Program-made: the position numbers and the translations under genes
Notes under the pieces: model-generated
The model's database searches: none
Seen by the model: only the letters and a program-made list of their open reading frames with translations
What the model was told of the DNA's origin: nothing
IMG/VR virus record: IMGVR_UViG_3300021121_000016
Coordinates: 1 to 34,943 of that record
Origin: a virus
Taxonomy: Duplodnaviria; Caudoviricetes
Direction: 5' to 3' (one strand)
DNA: 34,943 nt
In this document: piece by piece, positions 1 through 10,160 of the stretch
How the letters are laid out: every line of letters starts with the position of its first letter
How positions within the stretch are numbered: the first letter of the stretch is position 1

Positions 1-94
1 CCAGATACCTGCGTATTAACAATTGAAATTGTTGTATTAGCAGCAGCTGTCAGTTGTCCTTGAGCATTAACTGTAAACGTAGCTACTGTGGAAG
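1..94. repeat. Terminal overlap copy 1 (circular assembly)
   Basis: 1-94 identical to 34850-34943. Confidence 0.97.
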
Positions 95-905
95 CGTTAC
101 CGTAACTACCTGCAGTTACCGCAGTATTTGATATAGCAATAGTAACCGGTGAAGCACCAGTATAACTCGTTCCTGATAAACCAGTACCTATTGTTAAAGC
201 ATTAGGATTAGCAGCAGTAATCGTACCGCTACCACCTAAAGCAACAGCAACGCCGTTGTAGGTGACTGAATTATTTACTAAGCCAGAGTTACCAATTAAT
301 ATTGCTACGTTAGACGCAGCAGTTAACTGACCCTGTGCATTTACAGTAAATTGAGATACTGAAGAAGCACTACCATAAGTGCCGGAAACAACTGAAGTAT
401 TAGTAATGCTAATAGTACCGCTGGATGTAATAGGTCCACCAGATAATCCTGTTCCTGTTGCTACATTTGTTACTGTACCATTGTACGGGTTGTTAATGGT
501 GACATTTCCAGTTAAAGCACCGCCACCAGTTAAATTGGTACCAGCTAAAATGTAAACTGTATTCGGTACTGCACCGGTTACATTTGCCACCGGTATAGTA
601 GTAGAAGAAGTAACTGCACTATTACCGTTTGCATACATATACCCAGTAAGACCAGTAACGGTAATATTAGTGAATGTTTCTGTAGAACCACCAAGAATCC
701 TCTCCCATACTGTTCCATTAAAAATAGCCCAATCACCTACACCCCATGCAGTAATACCATCAAGGTTTGTAGTGCCAGCTGTAGAAACAATATAGTATGT
801 ATTTTTAACTCCTACACCAGATACCAGCGTAGGAGTATTTGTTGAAGCGTTCCAAGTCCCTGCATAAAACAGTTGATTAATGAGGGAGCTTGCGGTCTTT
901 AGCAT
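1..905 (-). CDS. Tail fibre-like protein, N-terminal part (367 aa in total, continues at 34849-34651)
   Basis: Not in ORF track. ATG at 905: MLKTASSLINQLFYAGTWNASTNTPTL...; Gly/Thr/Ser-rich; two FTVNAQGQLTAA repeats; reads in frame across the overlap (QVSG-LGTMSTQ). Confidence 0.85.
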   Translation of the reverse strand, partial: MLKTASSLINQLFYAGTWNASTNTPTLVSGVGVKNTYYIVSTAGTTNLDGITAWGVGDWAIFNGTVWERILGGSTETFTNITVTGLTGYMYANGNSAVTSSTTIPVANVTGAVPNTVYILAGTNLTGGGALTGNVTINNPYNGTVTNVATGTGLSGGPITSSGTISITNTSVVSGTYGSASSVSQFTVNAQGQLTAASNVAILIGNSGLVNNSVTYNGVAVALGGSGTITAANPNALTIGTGLSGTSYTGASPVTIAISNTAVTAGSYGNASTVATFTVNAQGQLTAAANTTISIVNTQVS

Positions 906-1238
906 TTAGGAGCCGTCACCCGGAGTCAGGTATAACACACACGATGTTGAGGCATTTGCTGTAAAGTATGCGTTTGGTTGAAAAGTAATAATCTCATCCG
1001 TACCCGGCAACAATGGTAAACAGTTACCTAAAGACGTATTCGGAGTATTTGCTCCTGCTGTTGCAGTAGCAGCGTTACCACCATAACCCAAAAATGCAAC
1101 AACCGTACCAGCATTAAGAATACGGTATTGATTGCTACCACCACTATACGAAGTGACTTGTACAGGTGTTGGAGCAGGATTAGCAGCCGTAATGATGACA
1201 GTGTTACCAGTTGGGGTAAATGGTGCGTTTACGCTCAT
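906..1238 (-). CDS. Virion structural protein (beta-rich), hypothetical
   Basis: 110 aa, ATGA-coupled to the upstream gene, tail gene context. Confidence 0.7.
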   Translation of the reverse strand: MSVNAPFTPTGNTVIITAANPAPTPVQVTSYSGGSNQYRILNAGTVVAFLGYGGNAATATAGANTPNTSLGNCLPLLPGTDEIITFQPNAYFTANASTSCVLYLTPGDGS

Positions 1239-1438
1239 TGTGGTTGTTCCTGTGTTTGTTCAGGTGCAGGTGTTGCAGCCTGTACTTGTGCTTGTTGTAT
1301 GTTTTGTATAGCTTGTACTTGTGGTTCTGCTTGACCTTTTAGTTTGTCAATGAGACCAGCAACATCACGATAAGCCATTTGTGATAATGCGTGTAATAAG
1401 ACGTTTACTTCTTCAATTGTATGATTTAAGTTAATCAT
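1235..1438 (-). CDS. Small helical protein, possible fibre-associated chaperone
   Basis: 67 aa, GGGGA RBS, downstream of the fibre gene. Confidence 0.7.
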   Translation of the reverse strand: MINLNHTIEEVNVLLHALSQMAYRDVAGLIDKLKGQAEPQVQAIQNIQQAQVQAATPAPEQTQEQPQ

Positions 1439-1471
1439 GGTTTTCCCCTAAAGTTGTACTACGTTAAAAAA

Positions 1472-1816
1472 TTAATTAGACCAAGGTAATGGTGTATTTG
1501 ATGGAGATACTGGTGGGTTCTCCAAGCTGTTAATCTGTCCTTGTACGTTTGCTTCATAGTTTGCAATACCTTGCTCGCCTAATGCTGTCTGTACCCAACC
1601 AATTACAATAGCCTGCGTTAAGTTAGCATAAGGTACAAAATTCGGGTCAGATTGCTCTACCGTAAACTGTGTGTTGCCACCAATAGATGCGGTTTGTGTT
1701 CCGTCTGTACCAGTCAAAGTCCACAATGTATTAACTACATAGTTTGGTTGATTCGGTACGTTAGGTAATGTGTACATGGAATTAATTGTCCAAGTCCAAG
1801 TTGTTACTGTTGCCAT
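1472..1816 (-). CDS. Tail-fibre-associated hypothetical protein
   Basis: AGGAG RBS; 'FVPYANLTQAIVIGWVQ...PLPW' pattern typical of genes following phage fibres. Confidence 0.8.
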   Translation of the reverse strand: MATVTTWTWTINSMYTLPNVPNQPNYVVNTLWTLTGTDGTQTASIGGNTQFTVEQSDPNFVPYANLTQAIVIGWVQTALGEQGIANYEANVQGQINSLENPPVSPSNTPLPWSN

Positions 1817-1828
1817 TTAATTCTCCTA

Positions 1829-3424
1829 TTAAGGGTGAGTTGCTTTGTATGCGTCAAATTCTGCTTTAAGTTCTTGGATTGCTTTAATCATTGCTGGTAC
1901 TAAAGTAGAAGTATCAACTTGCCATGGTTTATCAATAGAACCATCATCTTTATCTACACCCATTGTTACTGAATCAGGTGCAATTTCATATATTTCTTGT
2001 GCAATTACACCAAAATCAGTATGTTGTTTAGATTTAATCCAATCAAATGCACGAATTTTAATATTTGCTAATTTATCTAAACCTGAACCAGCATCAACAA
2101 TATTTTCTTTTAATCTTTGGTCAGATGTTGCGTTGTAAAGCGTTGTTGTTCCGTTATATGTAATAGAGCCTGTTCCAGAAAATGTTGCTCCAGCACCAAA
2201 ATATGCGTAATAAATTGTTCCACTTGTTGCTTTATTCCAGGCGGTATAACATTGTGAACTTGCACCGTTTGTAATTGAAGCAATTCCCCCAGCACCAGCT
2301 AATCCACTAGAATATCCACCTGTATAAAATGAACCAGTACTATCAAATACACCCCTAGGATTACCAGCACCATCAGATAACACAATGTAGTTACTTGCTG
2401 TACGGATGTCTAAACCGCCTTGGTTTCCTGAATAAGAACCGAGAATAGTGTTATTAGTTCCTGAAGTTACAAGAGTTCCTGAAGCATATCCAACAAAACA
2501 GTTTCCACCGCCAGTTGCTGCATATCCTGAACCATAACCAACATACAGATTGTTTACGCCTGTACTGTTTGTATAACCAGCAGCATAACCAAGATTTGTA
2601 TTGTTTCCAGCCGTAGTATTACTATACCCAGCTTGATAACCTACTGCTGTGTTATTAGATGCGGTGGTGTTTGAATAAAGGGCGTTATAACCTAGTGCAG
2701 TATTGAAAGCACCTGTTGTATTTAATCTATTTGCAGCATGACCAAAAGCAGAATTACCGCCGCCAGTTGTTGTGTTTTGCAAACTTCCCCAACCAAAAGC
2801 ATTGTTTGAAGAACCGCTTGTAATTGCATTTAAAGCATTAACACCAAAAGCATGGGTATATCCGCTAGTATTTGTGCCACCAATAGCACCAGCACCAACC
2901 GCAGTAGAATTAGCATCACTACCACCACCCTTACCAACAGTAAGACCTGAAATAGAAGCGTCATTAGTTGATGTTACTTTGTTGGCAGTTAATGTTGTTC
3001 CATCAAAAGTTAAATTAGCACTATCTACTAAAAGACCGCCTGTGCCGTTGTAATTTACTCGACCACTTGTCAATCCTGAGTCGGTCAAAGATGTCACTAC
3101 TGCCGTGCTTGGTGTAGTTGCTCCAAGTGTGCCGTTAAATGCACCTGATGTTAAAGTTAATCCAGCAATTGAAGTTGCTGTACCTCCAAGACTAACACTT
3201 GTACTACCGATAGTTACTGAGCTATTGCTCAAATAACTATTAGGAAAAGTAACCGCTACACTAGATATAGTTGTGTTGGTTAATGTTAAGTTACCAATAC
3301 TTGTAGTTGTATTTCCTAAATAAACTGCTGTATTACCAAGCGTAATCGCTGTAGCAAAATTTGAGTCCAATTGACTCAACGGTATAGATGATGTTGCCGT
3401 AGCAAATGTATATGGGACTGTCAT
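1829..3424 (-). CDS. Tail fibre/spike with 14-aa beta-roll repeats and C-terminal intramolecular chaperone (peptidase S74)
   Basis: Repeats NTALGYNALYSNTT/NTAVGYQAGYSNTT; 'TSDQRLKENI' cleavage motif; C-terminal coiled coil LVPAMIKAIQELKAE. Confidence 0.9.
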   Translation of the reverse strand: MTVPYTFATATSSIPLSQLDSNFATAITLGNTAVYLGNTTTSIGNLTLTNTTISSVAVTFPNSYLSNSSVTIGSTSVSLGGTATSIAGLTLTSGAFNGTLGATTPSTAVVTSLTDSGLTSGRVNYNGTGGLLVDSANLTFDGTTLTANKVTSTNDASISGLTVGKGGGSDANSTAVGAGAIGGTNTSGYTHAFGVNALNAITSGSSNNAFGWGSLQNTTTGGGNSAFGHAANRLNTTGAFNTALGYNALYSNTTASNNTAVGYQAGYSNTTAGNNTNLGYAAGYTNSTGVNNLYVGYGSGYAATGGGNCFVGYASGTLVTSGTNNTILGSYSGNQGGLDIRTASNYIVLSDGAGNPRGVFDSTGSFYTGGYSSGLAGAGGIASITNGASSQCYTAWNKATSGTIYYAYFGAGATFSGTGSITYNGTTTLYNATSDQRLKENIVDAGSGLDKLANIKIRAFDWIKSKQHTDFGVIAQEIYEIAPDSVTMGVDKDDGSIDKPWQVDTSTLVPAMIKAIQELKAEFDAYKATHP

Positions 3425-3425
3425 G

Positions 3426-5411
3426 TTAGAACCTCGCTCTTAATTCATGTTCAAATTCAAAGGTATTCACAACAAATGCAGCAGAGTTAGATGTCAGTGT
3501 TAACCCTAAGTATTTACCCCATTGCTGTGCATCTGATTTGTATAAATAATAACCGCTAGTAAATAACCAATATATTACCTGACTACTGTTATTTATCCAA
3601 TTTAAATCTGTTCCTACATTGTTATACCAAAGCACATTATTCTGTAATGTGTACGGTGGACTAGAGCCTTGTTGACTATCTACCGTTACATTAAATATTG
3701 TACTATTTGCTGTAGTAACTTCAACCCCAAATTTAAGTGCTTGTTTGTCACGAATAGGGTCATTCATTGGCATTAATGCAGTTTGAATAATACTTGAAAC
3801 GCTGCTGGTTTTATCAGAATACAGCTGATAAAGTGCGCTGTTTTCTGTACCGTATAAATTAACTTTTCCACTTACCGGTGCAGAAGTAATATATTGTAAA
3901 TTGTTACCTTGGCTTGTAAAGAACCATTTTTTCTCAAAAAATACTGCTTGAATGTAACGGTATGAATTAGTAAACACTGCATCAAAATATCTGAAATTAA
4001 ATGCAGCACACAGAATATTGTTTACTAATACCTGACCAGCATATACAGGGTATGTAAAATCGATGTTTGGAAAAATACCGTCTAATGGGTCTGATATTTT
4101 ACTTGTTGTAGAACCTACCAAAGCGTAGACCCCGTAATCATTCATAAATAACACAGACCTAAAATACGGAAATATGGCATCTGCACGTTTAGAACCGACA
4201 GAAGCGGATACGTTAGTATTTGTAAATAATGTCGTGCCGTTTGTCTGAACCCTTACGTCAGAAAATACGTTAATCGAATCATCACCGAATAAATACAAAA
4301 AGTTATTTGCTGCTAATAATTTGAACAAATTACCGTGTAACGTAGAATCGGTCAGCAAGATGTTACCGGCAGACACACTGGTAAAGTCGTTGTAGGTTCC
4401 AGCAGCGGAATAATACACTTGCCTTCCTGCCGCAATCCAAACTCGACCACTAAATGATGCAACATCCACGTTAGGAATGTTGTTAATGGTAGCTGCAATA
4501 GTGGCATTTGCTCCACCACCCCCACTAAGAGATACCACTAAATTTGCAGAATTTGTGTAACCACTACCCGGATTGGTCATCACTATAGTAGATATTGCAT
4601 TGCCATGTACGACTGCCGTGGCACTTGCACCTGTTCCGCCACCACCAGATATATTGACTGTTGGTGTACCGGTATAACTATCACCGGGATTGGTGACTGC
4701 AATAGATACCGTGCCTGTAGCAAAAGTTACAATACTTGCAACCGCATTAGCTCCTGTACCTCCGCCTCCGGCAAAAGTAATAGATGGTGCCTGTGTATAT
4801 CCTGACCCAGCTTCTGTAAGCGTTACTGATGTAACTGCGTTATTTGAAATAGTTGCAGCAGCAGTTGCTTGTATACCGTTAGCGTCATTAGGAGCAGAAA
4901 TCACCACAGACGGTGCTGCAGTATATGTTGAACCACCGCTGATTAAAGCAATTTGTCCAACACTGCCTACAAAAATAGTGTTGTTCCCATCCCATACATA
5001 GTATCCCTTATTAGGGTCTATGATGAGCATATCTTGGTTTTTCCACTGACTAACTGCAATGCCAACATTAGAAAATTTACCTGCATTACCAATTGTGACT
5101 AATTGTTTGCTTTGTAAATTAAATCCTTGAGCCGAACCATCATCTTTAAATGCAACAACGTAATCATTTAGACCAATATTGACGGATGATAAATAAGTGA
5201 CGTTAGCAGAAAAGACGACTGCATTACTTGCATTATCTGTAATTGCCGAGCGTTGACCGGTAATTTTAAGATTGGAGTAGCCAATTGGCATGGCATTTTC
5301 TAGCCACGAAAACTCGGTTTCTTGTATAGCTGTACGGTTCGCTTTGGTATTAACAGTTGTAAACTGTTTAATGACCTGATACGATTTTTTTTGTTCAGGA
5401 CTTTGTGCCAT
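3426..5411 (-). CDS. Tail/packaged-DNA stabilisation protein (P22 gp10-like nozzle) with inserted Gly-rich repeats
   Basis: 661 aa beta-rich, follows the adaptor; GSGYTxAPxxxxxGGGGTGA repeats. Confidence 0.7.
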   Translation of the reverse strand: MAQSPEQKKSYQVIKQFTTVNTKANRTAIQETEFSWLENAMPIGYSNLKITGQRSAITDNASNAVVFSANVTYLSSVNIGLNDYVVAFKDDGSAQGFNLQSKQLVTIGNAGKFSNVGIAVSQWKNQDMLIIDPNKGYYVWDGNNTIFVGSVGQIALISGGSTYTAAPSVVISAPNDANGIQATAAATISNNAVTSVTLTEAGSGYTQAPSITFAGGGGTGANAVASIVTFATGTVSIAVTNPGDSYTGTPTVNISGGGGTGASATAVVHGNAISTIVMTNPGSGYTNSANLVVSLSGGGGANATIAATINNIPNVDVASFSGRVWIAAGRQVYYSAAGTYNDFTSVSAGNILLTDSTLHGNLFKLLAANNFLYLFGDDSINVFSDVRVQTNGTTLFTNTNVSASVGSKRADAIFPYFRSVLFMNDYGVYALVGSTTSKISDPLDGIFPNIDFTYPVYAGQVLVNNILCAAFNFRYFDAVFTNSYRYIQAVFFEKKWFFTSQGNNLQYITSAPVSGKVNLYGTENSALYQLYSDKTSSVSSIIQTALMPMNDPIRDKQALKFGVEVTTANSTIFNVTVDSQQGSSPPYTLQNNVLWYNNVGTDLNWINNSSQVIYWLFTSGYYLYKSDAQQWGKYLGLTLTSNSAAFVVNTFEFEHELRARF

Positions 5412-5412
5412 A

Positions 5413-6285
5413 TTACAACACCGGCTGGTAAGGGTTTGGCATCCGTCTAGTAAATGTAGAGCTTAATGCAGCCTGTATTTGTTGGTTATATTGTTGTTTA
5501 AATATTTCCGACTCACCGTAACTTTGTTCTTTAAACTTTGCTTTATAACAAGCGTAATACGCAACCGGACTTGTATATGGGTCATTCAGTTGATTGTCTA
5601 CATCTGATAAATTAACTAATGCAGTTGGCAGGATTACCGTATCCATTTCAAGTGTATAAATCTGGTCTGGAATAGGTGACAAATAAATCTGTTGTTGTCC
5701 ATAAACGCTAAAGCATACAGGTTGACCAACATAGTTTTGCCAGTACCTTAACTCTGCATTAAATTGTGTCCAAGGTTTATACAGTAAAGGATACCGTGTA
5801 TTACCCCAATAAATATTGACGTTAACAATATCTAGCGTATTAATACCTTGCGGCAGTGAAGCATACGGGATGATTTCTACTGGACCAGCGTATTGCAAGG
5901 TTACTGTACCGTTGGTAAATGGTGTTGATGGTGGATACGTATTCTGTGCATACCCTGTATTACCCGGATATGGTGGAGGAACGGTATCAAACGTGCCACC
6001 TGTTACTACTGTGTATGTATAAATGTTATAAAAAACTAAACTACCTGTTGTTGCTGTAGCACCACCTACCCATGCAATTGGTGCGTTAGCAGACGTTAAC
6101 CCAGTAGGGTTAGATGGTGTTTGTGTAATCTGTAATGTTCGTGTACAACCCGTGTCTCTTGCAACCCGTTCTCTTGCAGAATTGATGTAATCCGTTAATT
6201 CTTGGACGCTATAAAATACAGCATTGGCATCATGCAAAAGCCTTTGACATTCTGTAACGTAACTCTGCAAAGTAGGTTGTGCCAT
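5413..6285 (-). CDS. Head-tail adaptor protein
   Basis: '[14 protein letters not shown]' N-terminal helix and '[11 protein letters not shown]' motif; position after the capsid genes. Confidence 0.7.
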   Translation of the reverse strand: MAQPTLQSYVTECQRLLHDANAVFYSVQELTDYINSARERVARDTGCTRTLQITQTPSNPTGLTSANAPIAWVGGATATTGSLVFYNIYTYTVVTGGTFDTVPPPYPGNTGYAQNTYPPSTPFTNGTVTLQYAGPVEIIPYASLPQGINTLDIVNVNIYWGNTRYPLLYKPWTQFNAELRYWQNYVGQPVCFSVYGQQQIYLSPIPDQIYTLEMDTVILPTALVNLSDVDNQLNDPYTSPVAYYACYKAKFKEQSYGESEIFKQQYNQQIQAALSSTFTRRMPNPYQPVL

Positions 6286-6297
6286 ATATTATCCATG

Positions 6298-6636
6298 TTA
6301 AGCAGGGCTAAGGACTTTTCCCCCCACCCTCTTGTTAGAAGGTAAGGGTACTCTTTCCACCACCGGGGGTATCGAATGGTTCTTTACTACTGGAGGAGTA
6401 TTGCTAATCACAAACTTCTCCAATTTTTTTAATCCGTCCGGTATATCATTTAACGTCTTAGCCCAACCAAACCTTGCAAGGTATTGTGACTTGTCTGTTG
6501 CATGATAACCAAATACGTGAACTACTATTTCTTCCGGCACCTCAAGGGTTTTACCCGGCTCAAACACAAACGGTTTACCGTCCCAACTATCAGTCAGAAC
6601 GGTATCCGAATTGTTTGTTACATAATATGTAGTCAT
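6298..6636 (-). CDS. Hypothetical virion-module protein
   Basis: 112 aa, TAATG-coupled. Confidence 0.75.
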   Translation of the reverse strand: MTTYYVTNNSDTVLTDSWDGKPFVFEPGKTLEVPEEIVVHVFGYHATDKSQYLARFGWAKTLNDIPDGLKKLEKFVISNTPPVVKNHSIPPVVERVPLPSNKRVGGKVLSPA

Positions 6637-7094
6637 TAGAAACTGACAACATCGCCATATACGGCAATCGTTACTGTGTTGTTGTTACCAGACGCAGTAT
6701 TGACGTTGACATATAAAGCATTTGTATTAAAACCACTAACAACCGTATTAGCACTATAAGGTGAAGCAATCGTTAAGTCTTGATACAAACCAGTACCGGT
6801 AATTGTCAGAGTTGTATTAGCAACCACCGCATTAGAAATATTACCGTCATTACTTGTTGTAATAGATACGTTTGCTGTCGACAAAGAGCCAGATGGATTA
6901 TTGAGCGTAATTCTACGAACAATAACACTACCTGAACTATTTGCCGCTGCACCTTTAGTTAAACCACCACTTAACAACGGAATGGCAACTACTGCGTTAC
7001 CAGCCGTGTTGAGCTGAGTAGCTTGAACAACACCAATACGACCATTCCCAAAACTATCTAGGTAAAACTGTGAGACTGAATCGCAACTAGCCAT
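6636..7094 (-). CDS. Putative capsid decoration/minor structural protein
   Basis: AGGAG RBS, beta-rich, downstream of the major capsid gene. Confidence 0.65.
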   Translation of the reverse strand: MASCDSVSQFYLDSFGNGRIGVVQATQLNTAGNAVVAIPLLSGGLTKGAAANSSGSVIVRRITLNNPSGSLSTANVSITTSNDGNISNAVVANTTLTITGTGLYQDLTIASPYSANTVVSGFNTNALYVNVNTASGNNNTVTIAVYGDVVSF

Positions 7095-7104
7095 GTTCTA
7101 CTCC

Positions 7105-7434
7105 TTATTGGTTGTAAGTGCCAGAAGCAGCTTGACCACCGTTAACAGTTAACAATGTGACGTTAGCAGCAGTAGAACTGTTGTTAAACCGAATGTTTAC
7201 ACCGTCAGAGAACAATGTACCACCTACACCAGCAGCAATGAATGTAGTCCATGTAGAACCATTATCAGGTGTTGCTTGTACGTTAATATTTGTTGACGGA
7301 ATTAAAACATAGAGTCCAGCAGGTACTAATGCTGTTGTTGTGCCACCAACCGCTACTGTTGTTGTTTGTAAATAAGCACCGGGGGTATTACTACCGGCAC
7401 CAGCTAATATGATTTTCTGTAGACCTAAAGACAT
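7105..7434 (-). CDS. Putative capsid decoration/minor structural protein
   Basis: AGGAG RBS, directly after the major capsid gene. Confidence 0.65.
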   Translation of the reverse strand: MSLGLQKIILAGAGSNTPGAYLQTTTVAVGGTTTALVPAGLYVLIPSTNINVQATPDNGSTWTTFIAAGVGGTLFSDGVNIRFNNSSTAANVTLLTVNGGQAASGTYNQ

Positions 7435-7445
7435 GGTTTATCTCC

Positions 7446-8456
7446 TTAAATGTTGAGTGAGTTATAGCCAGTCACCTTGGTCATAGACTTAGGTTTAGTG
7501 CTTACCAATTCGGCAATCATTAAAACCGCACCTACATAACCAATCTGCCAGTTAGGAAGAGTAGACTCAAATCCTGTGAACACAAAAGAACCTTGGTCAT
7601 GGATATACAGACTGAGGTAGTTTGAATTCAAGAAGTACATTGTACCTTCTGGGCAATATGGGTCTGGATAAATTGGAACACCAGCAACCATTAACGCTCT
7701 GAAAGCAGCTTGAGGACCATTGGAGTCGCTATCAAATCCGTTACCCGGAGTAATAACATACTGTTCTTGACCCACGTAATCTTGTGCTAAGAGTGTCCAT
7801 GTACCAAATCCGCATACACCAAATGTCGGTACTTCAGCACCTTTCTTAACTGTTCCAGAAATGTATTGGAGTACATTTTGACGAGTTGGGTTGACGTTAC
7901 CTGCACTGTAAACTTTAGACTGCCACCATGTATAGGTATTACGGTTGATGTTACCGTAAGTCGCTGTACCAGTTCCATCATCCACTGCAGCAGGTAAACC
8001 AATAAATTGTTGTGTATTGGTTGTGTTGTTGTACAAAGCAGTTGCCATTGCATCCATCATCACGTTAGTCGCATCATTCATACGAGCTTCGATGAGAGGG
8101 ATAATTGCATGGTCTTGCTGTACAGCACCTTCCATACCGAGGAACGGTACAGGTGCAATCATTAACTTTAAATTAAATTCAGCATTGTAAGCACCTTGTT
8201 GTACTGACGGCTGGTTAAAAGAACCAGAATAGTCAGACCACTGTGCATTTACAAACTGTGAACCCTGAACGGGTACGGTTACTTGGGACACACCACCGGT
8301 GGCTTGTTGACTATTTGCAATCAAAGCTGCCATCAGGGGAGTGCTGTTATATAGCTGGACAACCAACTTAGGAATAAAAGCACGTCTTGTAACGTAAGTT
8401 AATTCCGTATATTGCGAGGTACCAGCTGCAGGTAAAATACCGCCACCTATAGCCAT
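7446..8456 (-). CDS. Major capsid protein
   Basis: 336 aa, AGGAGAG RBS, follows the scaffold; 'GVPIYPDPYCPEGTMYFLN' HK97-fold-type C-terminal motif. Confidence 0.88.
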   Translation of the reverse strand: MAIGGGILPAAGTSQYTELTYVTRRAFIPKLVVQLYNSTPLMAALIANSQQATGGVSQVTVPVQGSQFVNAQWSDYSGSFNQPSVQQGAYNAEFNLKLMIAPVPFLGMEGAVQQDHAIIPLIEARMNDATNVMMDAMATALYNNTTNTQQFIGLPAAVDDGTGTATYGNINRNTYTWWQSKVYSAGNVNPTRQNVLQYISGTVKKGAEVPTFGVCGFGTWTLLAQDYVGQEQYVITPGNGFDSDSNGPQAAFRALMVAGVPIYPDPYCPEGTMYFLNSNYLSLYIHDQGSFVFTGFESTLPNWQIGYVGAVLMIAELVSTKPKSMTKVTGYNSLNI

Positions 8457-8524
8457 AATGCTCTCCTATAAAAATTCAACAAAATGCCTTGATGTTATCG
8501 CAGCTACCACCCCCGTGTACTACA

Positions 8525-9058
8525 TCAGAACCCAATCGGTTTATTTTTCCTGAGTTCTGCTAATGCTTCGTGTGCAACATCTCTTGCCGTACCAACTGGG
8601 TTTTTAGAAAAACGACTTAAATCCCACCCTTGGTTTTTAGCAACATTCGAATGAAACTGAGATGGAGTCGGTGCTGCTGCTTGTTGCATCCATGCCCAGT
8701 GACGTGCTGCTGCTTCGTGATTGGTAATACCTTCTTCAAGCATTACTTTTTCAATTGCTGCAACATCATCGTCTGATTTTGCTAATCCTTTTCGCATTAA
8801 ATTAGTTCTACGTTTTTCTAAATCATCCAGAGCATCTCTTTCTCTGAGTTTATTGCGAATCTCATCATTTTCCTTTTGCATCTTATAGATGGCAGAATTT
8901 GTAGACTCTTCAATTTCAATCTCAGGAATATTAATATCTGGATTGACTTCTTTAGTTAAACGTAAAAACGCTTTACGGGTTTTTGGATTGTCAGCCAATT
9001 TCTTGGACAACTCAGCCAATGAATCCCGTTCTTCAAAACTTAAATTCTCTAATGACAT
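8525..9058 (-). CDS. Capsid scaffolding protein
   Basis: Charged and helical, directly upstream of the major capsid gene. Confidence 0.7.
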   Translation of the reverse strand: MSLENLSFEERDSLAELSKKLADNPKTRKAFLRLTKEVNPDINIPEIEIEESTNSAIYKMQKENDEIRNKLRERDALDDLEKRRTNLMRKGLAKSDDDVAAIEKVMLEEGITNHEAAARHWAWMQQAAAPTPSQFHSNVAKNQGWDLSRFSKNPVGTARDVAHEALAELRKNKPIGF

Positions 9059-9076
9059 ACATACCCCCTACTTTAA

Positions 9077-9262
9077 TTAAATTACTTTTTTGCCGTCACC
9101 GGGAGGAACAATCTTCATCTGATTGTTTTCTGCTGTTTTCTTAGCAGAATCTAATCCACCAAACCGGGAATACCGTGGTGTATTGATGATTTGACCATTC
9201 TTCTCATTGTCGTCAAGCGGTCTACGTGGTTGACCGGCTCCTTTTGGTTTAAATAAATCCAT
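9077..9262 (-). CDS. Small basic head-module protein
   Basis: 61 aa, AAGGA RBS. Confidence 0.75.
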   Translation of the reverse strand: MDLFKPKGAGQPRRPLDDNEKNGQIINTPRYSRFGGLDSAKKTAENNQMKIVPPGDGKKVI

Positions 9263-9273
9263 GATTCTATCCT

Positions 9274-9756
9274 TTACATTGGTTGTGGACCTGCACCACC
9301 CGGAGGAGGAGCAGTTGGAACTGGTGGTGGAGGCATACCGCCTCCGGCTGGACCTGCCATTGGCGGAGTACCCATCGCATCAGGTCCTACACCTTTTGGT
9401 AGGGATTGTAACATCTGTAATATTTCAGATTGTTGCAATTCGTTTGTTTTGCCTTTACGTTGACCAATTACACCGGTAAGCGCACGTATAGCAGCTAATG
9501 CTTTTTGACCTTCCTCGGATTCAGACCCAAGGCTAGGTAACGATTGTTCAATTAAGTCCATCGCCATTGACAAATTAATCATTGCACCTTCTTTAGAACC
9601 CATCTTTGGTTCAGGTGTAGACATAGGTGCAGCCATTGGTGGTGTGCCTGTATCCGACATATTGTCAGTCGGCATCGGACTTGGAATAGGTGCAGGAGTC
9701 GCAGGTTTTTTACCTCTGCTCATTAACTCCATCAATTTGTCTTGGGATGCAGCCAT
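9274..9756 (-). CDS. Pro/Met-rich head-module protein
   Basis: 160 aa, AGGA RBS, disordered ends around a helical core. Confidence 0.8.
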   Translation of the reverse strand: MAASQDKLMELMSRGKKPATPAPIPSPMPTDNMSDTGTPPMAAPMSTPEPKMGSKEGAMINLSMAMDLIEQSLPSLGSESEEGQKALAAIRALTGVIGQRKGKTNELQQSEILQMLQSLPKGVGPDAMGTPPMAGPAGGGMPPPPVPTAPPPGGAGPQPM

Positions 9757-9782
9757 AATTAATTCCTATCAAGTTACAAGAA

Positions 9783-9810
9783 AGATTAAACCTTTCTATC
9801 AGTTTGTCAA
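9783..9810 (-). promoter_or_regulatory. Candidate sigma70 promoter for the head operon
   Basis: TTGACA (9810-9805), 16-nt spacer, TAATCT (9788-9783). Confidence 0.5.
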
Positions 9811-9879
9811 GTGGGGGATATATTTCTATTCCCTCCCCCATGGGAGGTTTACTGATAAGCACCAGCAATTCCAGAGGAA

Positions 9880-9918
9880 TTACTTACGTGACTTACGACC
9901 TTTACGAGCTTTACGCAT
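9880..9918 (-). CDS. 12-aa Arg/Lys micropeptide MRKARKGRKSRK
   Basis: AAGGAG 6 nt before the ATG; all Arg codons CGT; not in ORF track. Confidence 0.7.
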   Translation of the reverse strand: MRKARKGRKSRK

Positions 9919-9995
9919 CTTCATCTCCTTTTAGAGGCAGCGACCTATTTAGGGCAAGGAAGCCACAGCCCTTTCCTTCTCACGGGAAACTTGTA

Positions 9996-10160
9996 CTACC
10001 CCCGACCATATTCTCTTGCAGGGCGCCCACCCATCGGACGTCCAGATGTTCTAATACTTGTATTTTTGTATTGTAAATTCGGACCCATATTTTTATCAAG
10101 ACTCCCTGCCGATACTCTCGGTTGGTCTGCTCTTGGTTGTACGTTTCCTTTAGTTGCCAT
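9996..10160 (-). CDS. 54-aa basic protein (MATKGNVQPRADQPRVS...REYGRG)
   Basis: ATG abuts the portal stop, GAAGG upstream; not in ORF track. Confidence 0.7.
   Translation of the reverse strand: MATKGNVQPRADQPRVSAGSLDKNMGPNLQYKNTSIRTSGRPMGGRPAREYGRG

Noticed and set aside
2480-2900. Periodic repeats as a CRISPR array or DGR target
   Set aside because: Degenerate 14-aa coding repeats of the fibre; no reverse transcriptase or cas genes
9925-9975. Pistol ribozyme or SAM-II riboswitch (stem followed by AAATAG)
   Set aside because: The remaining conserved core and stems are not present
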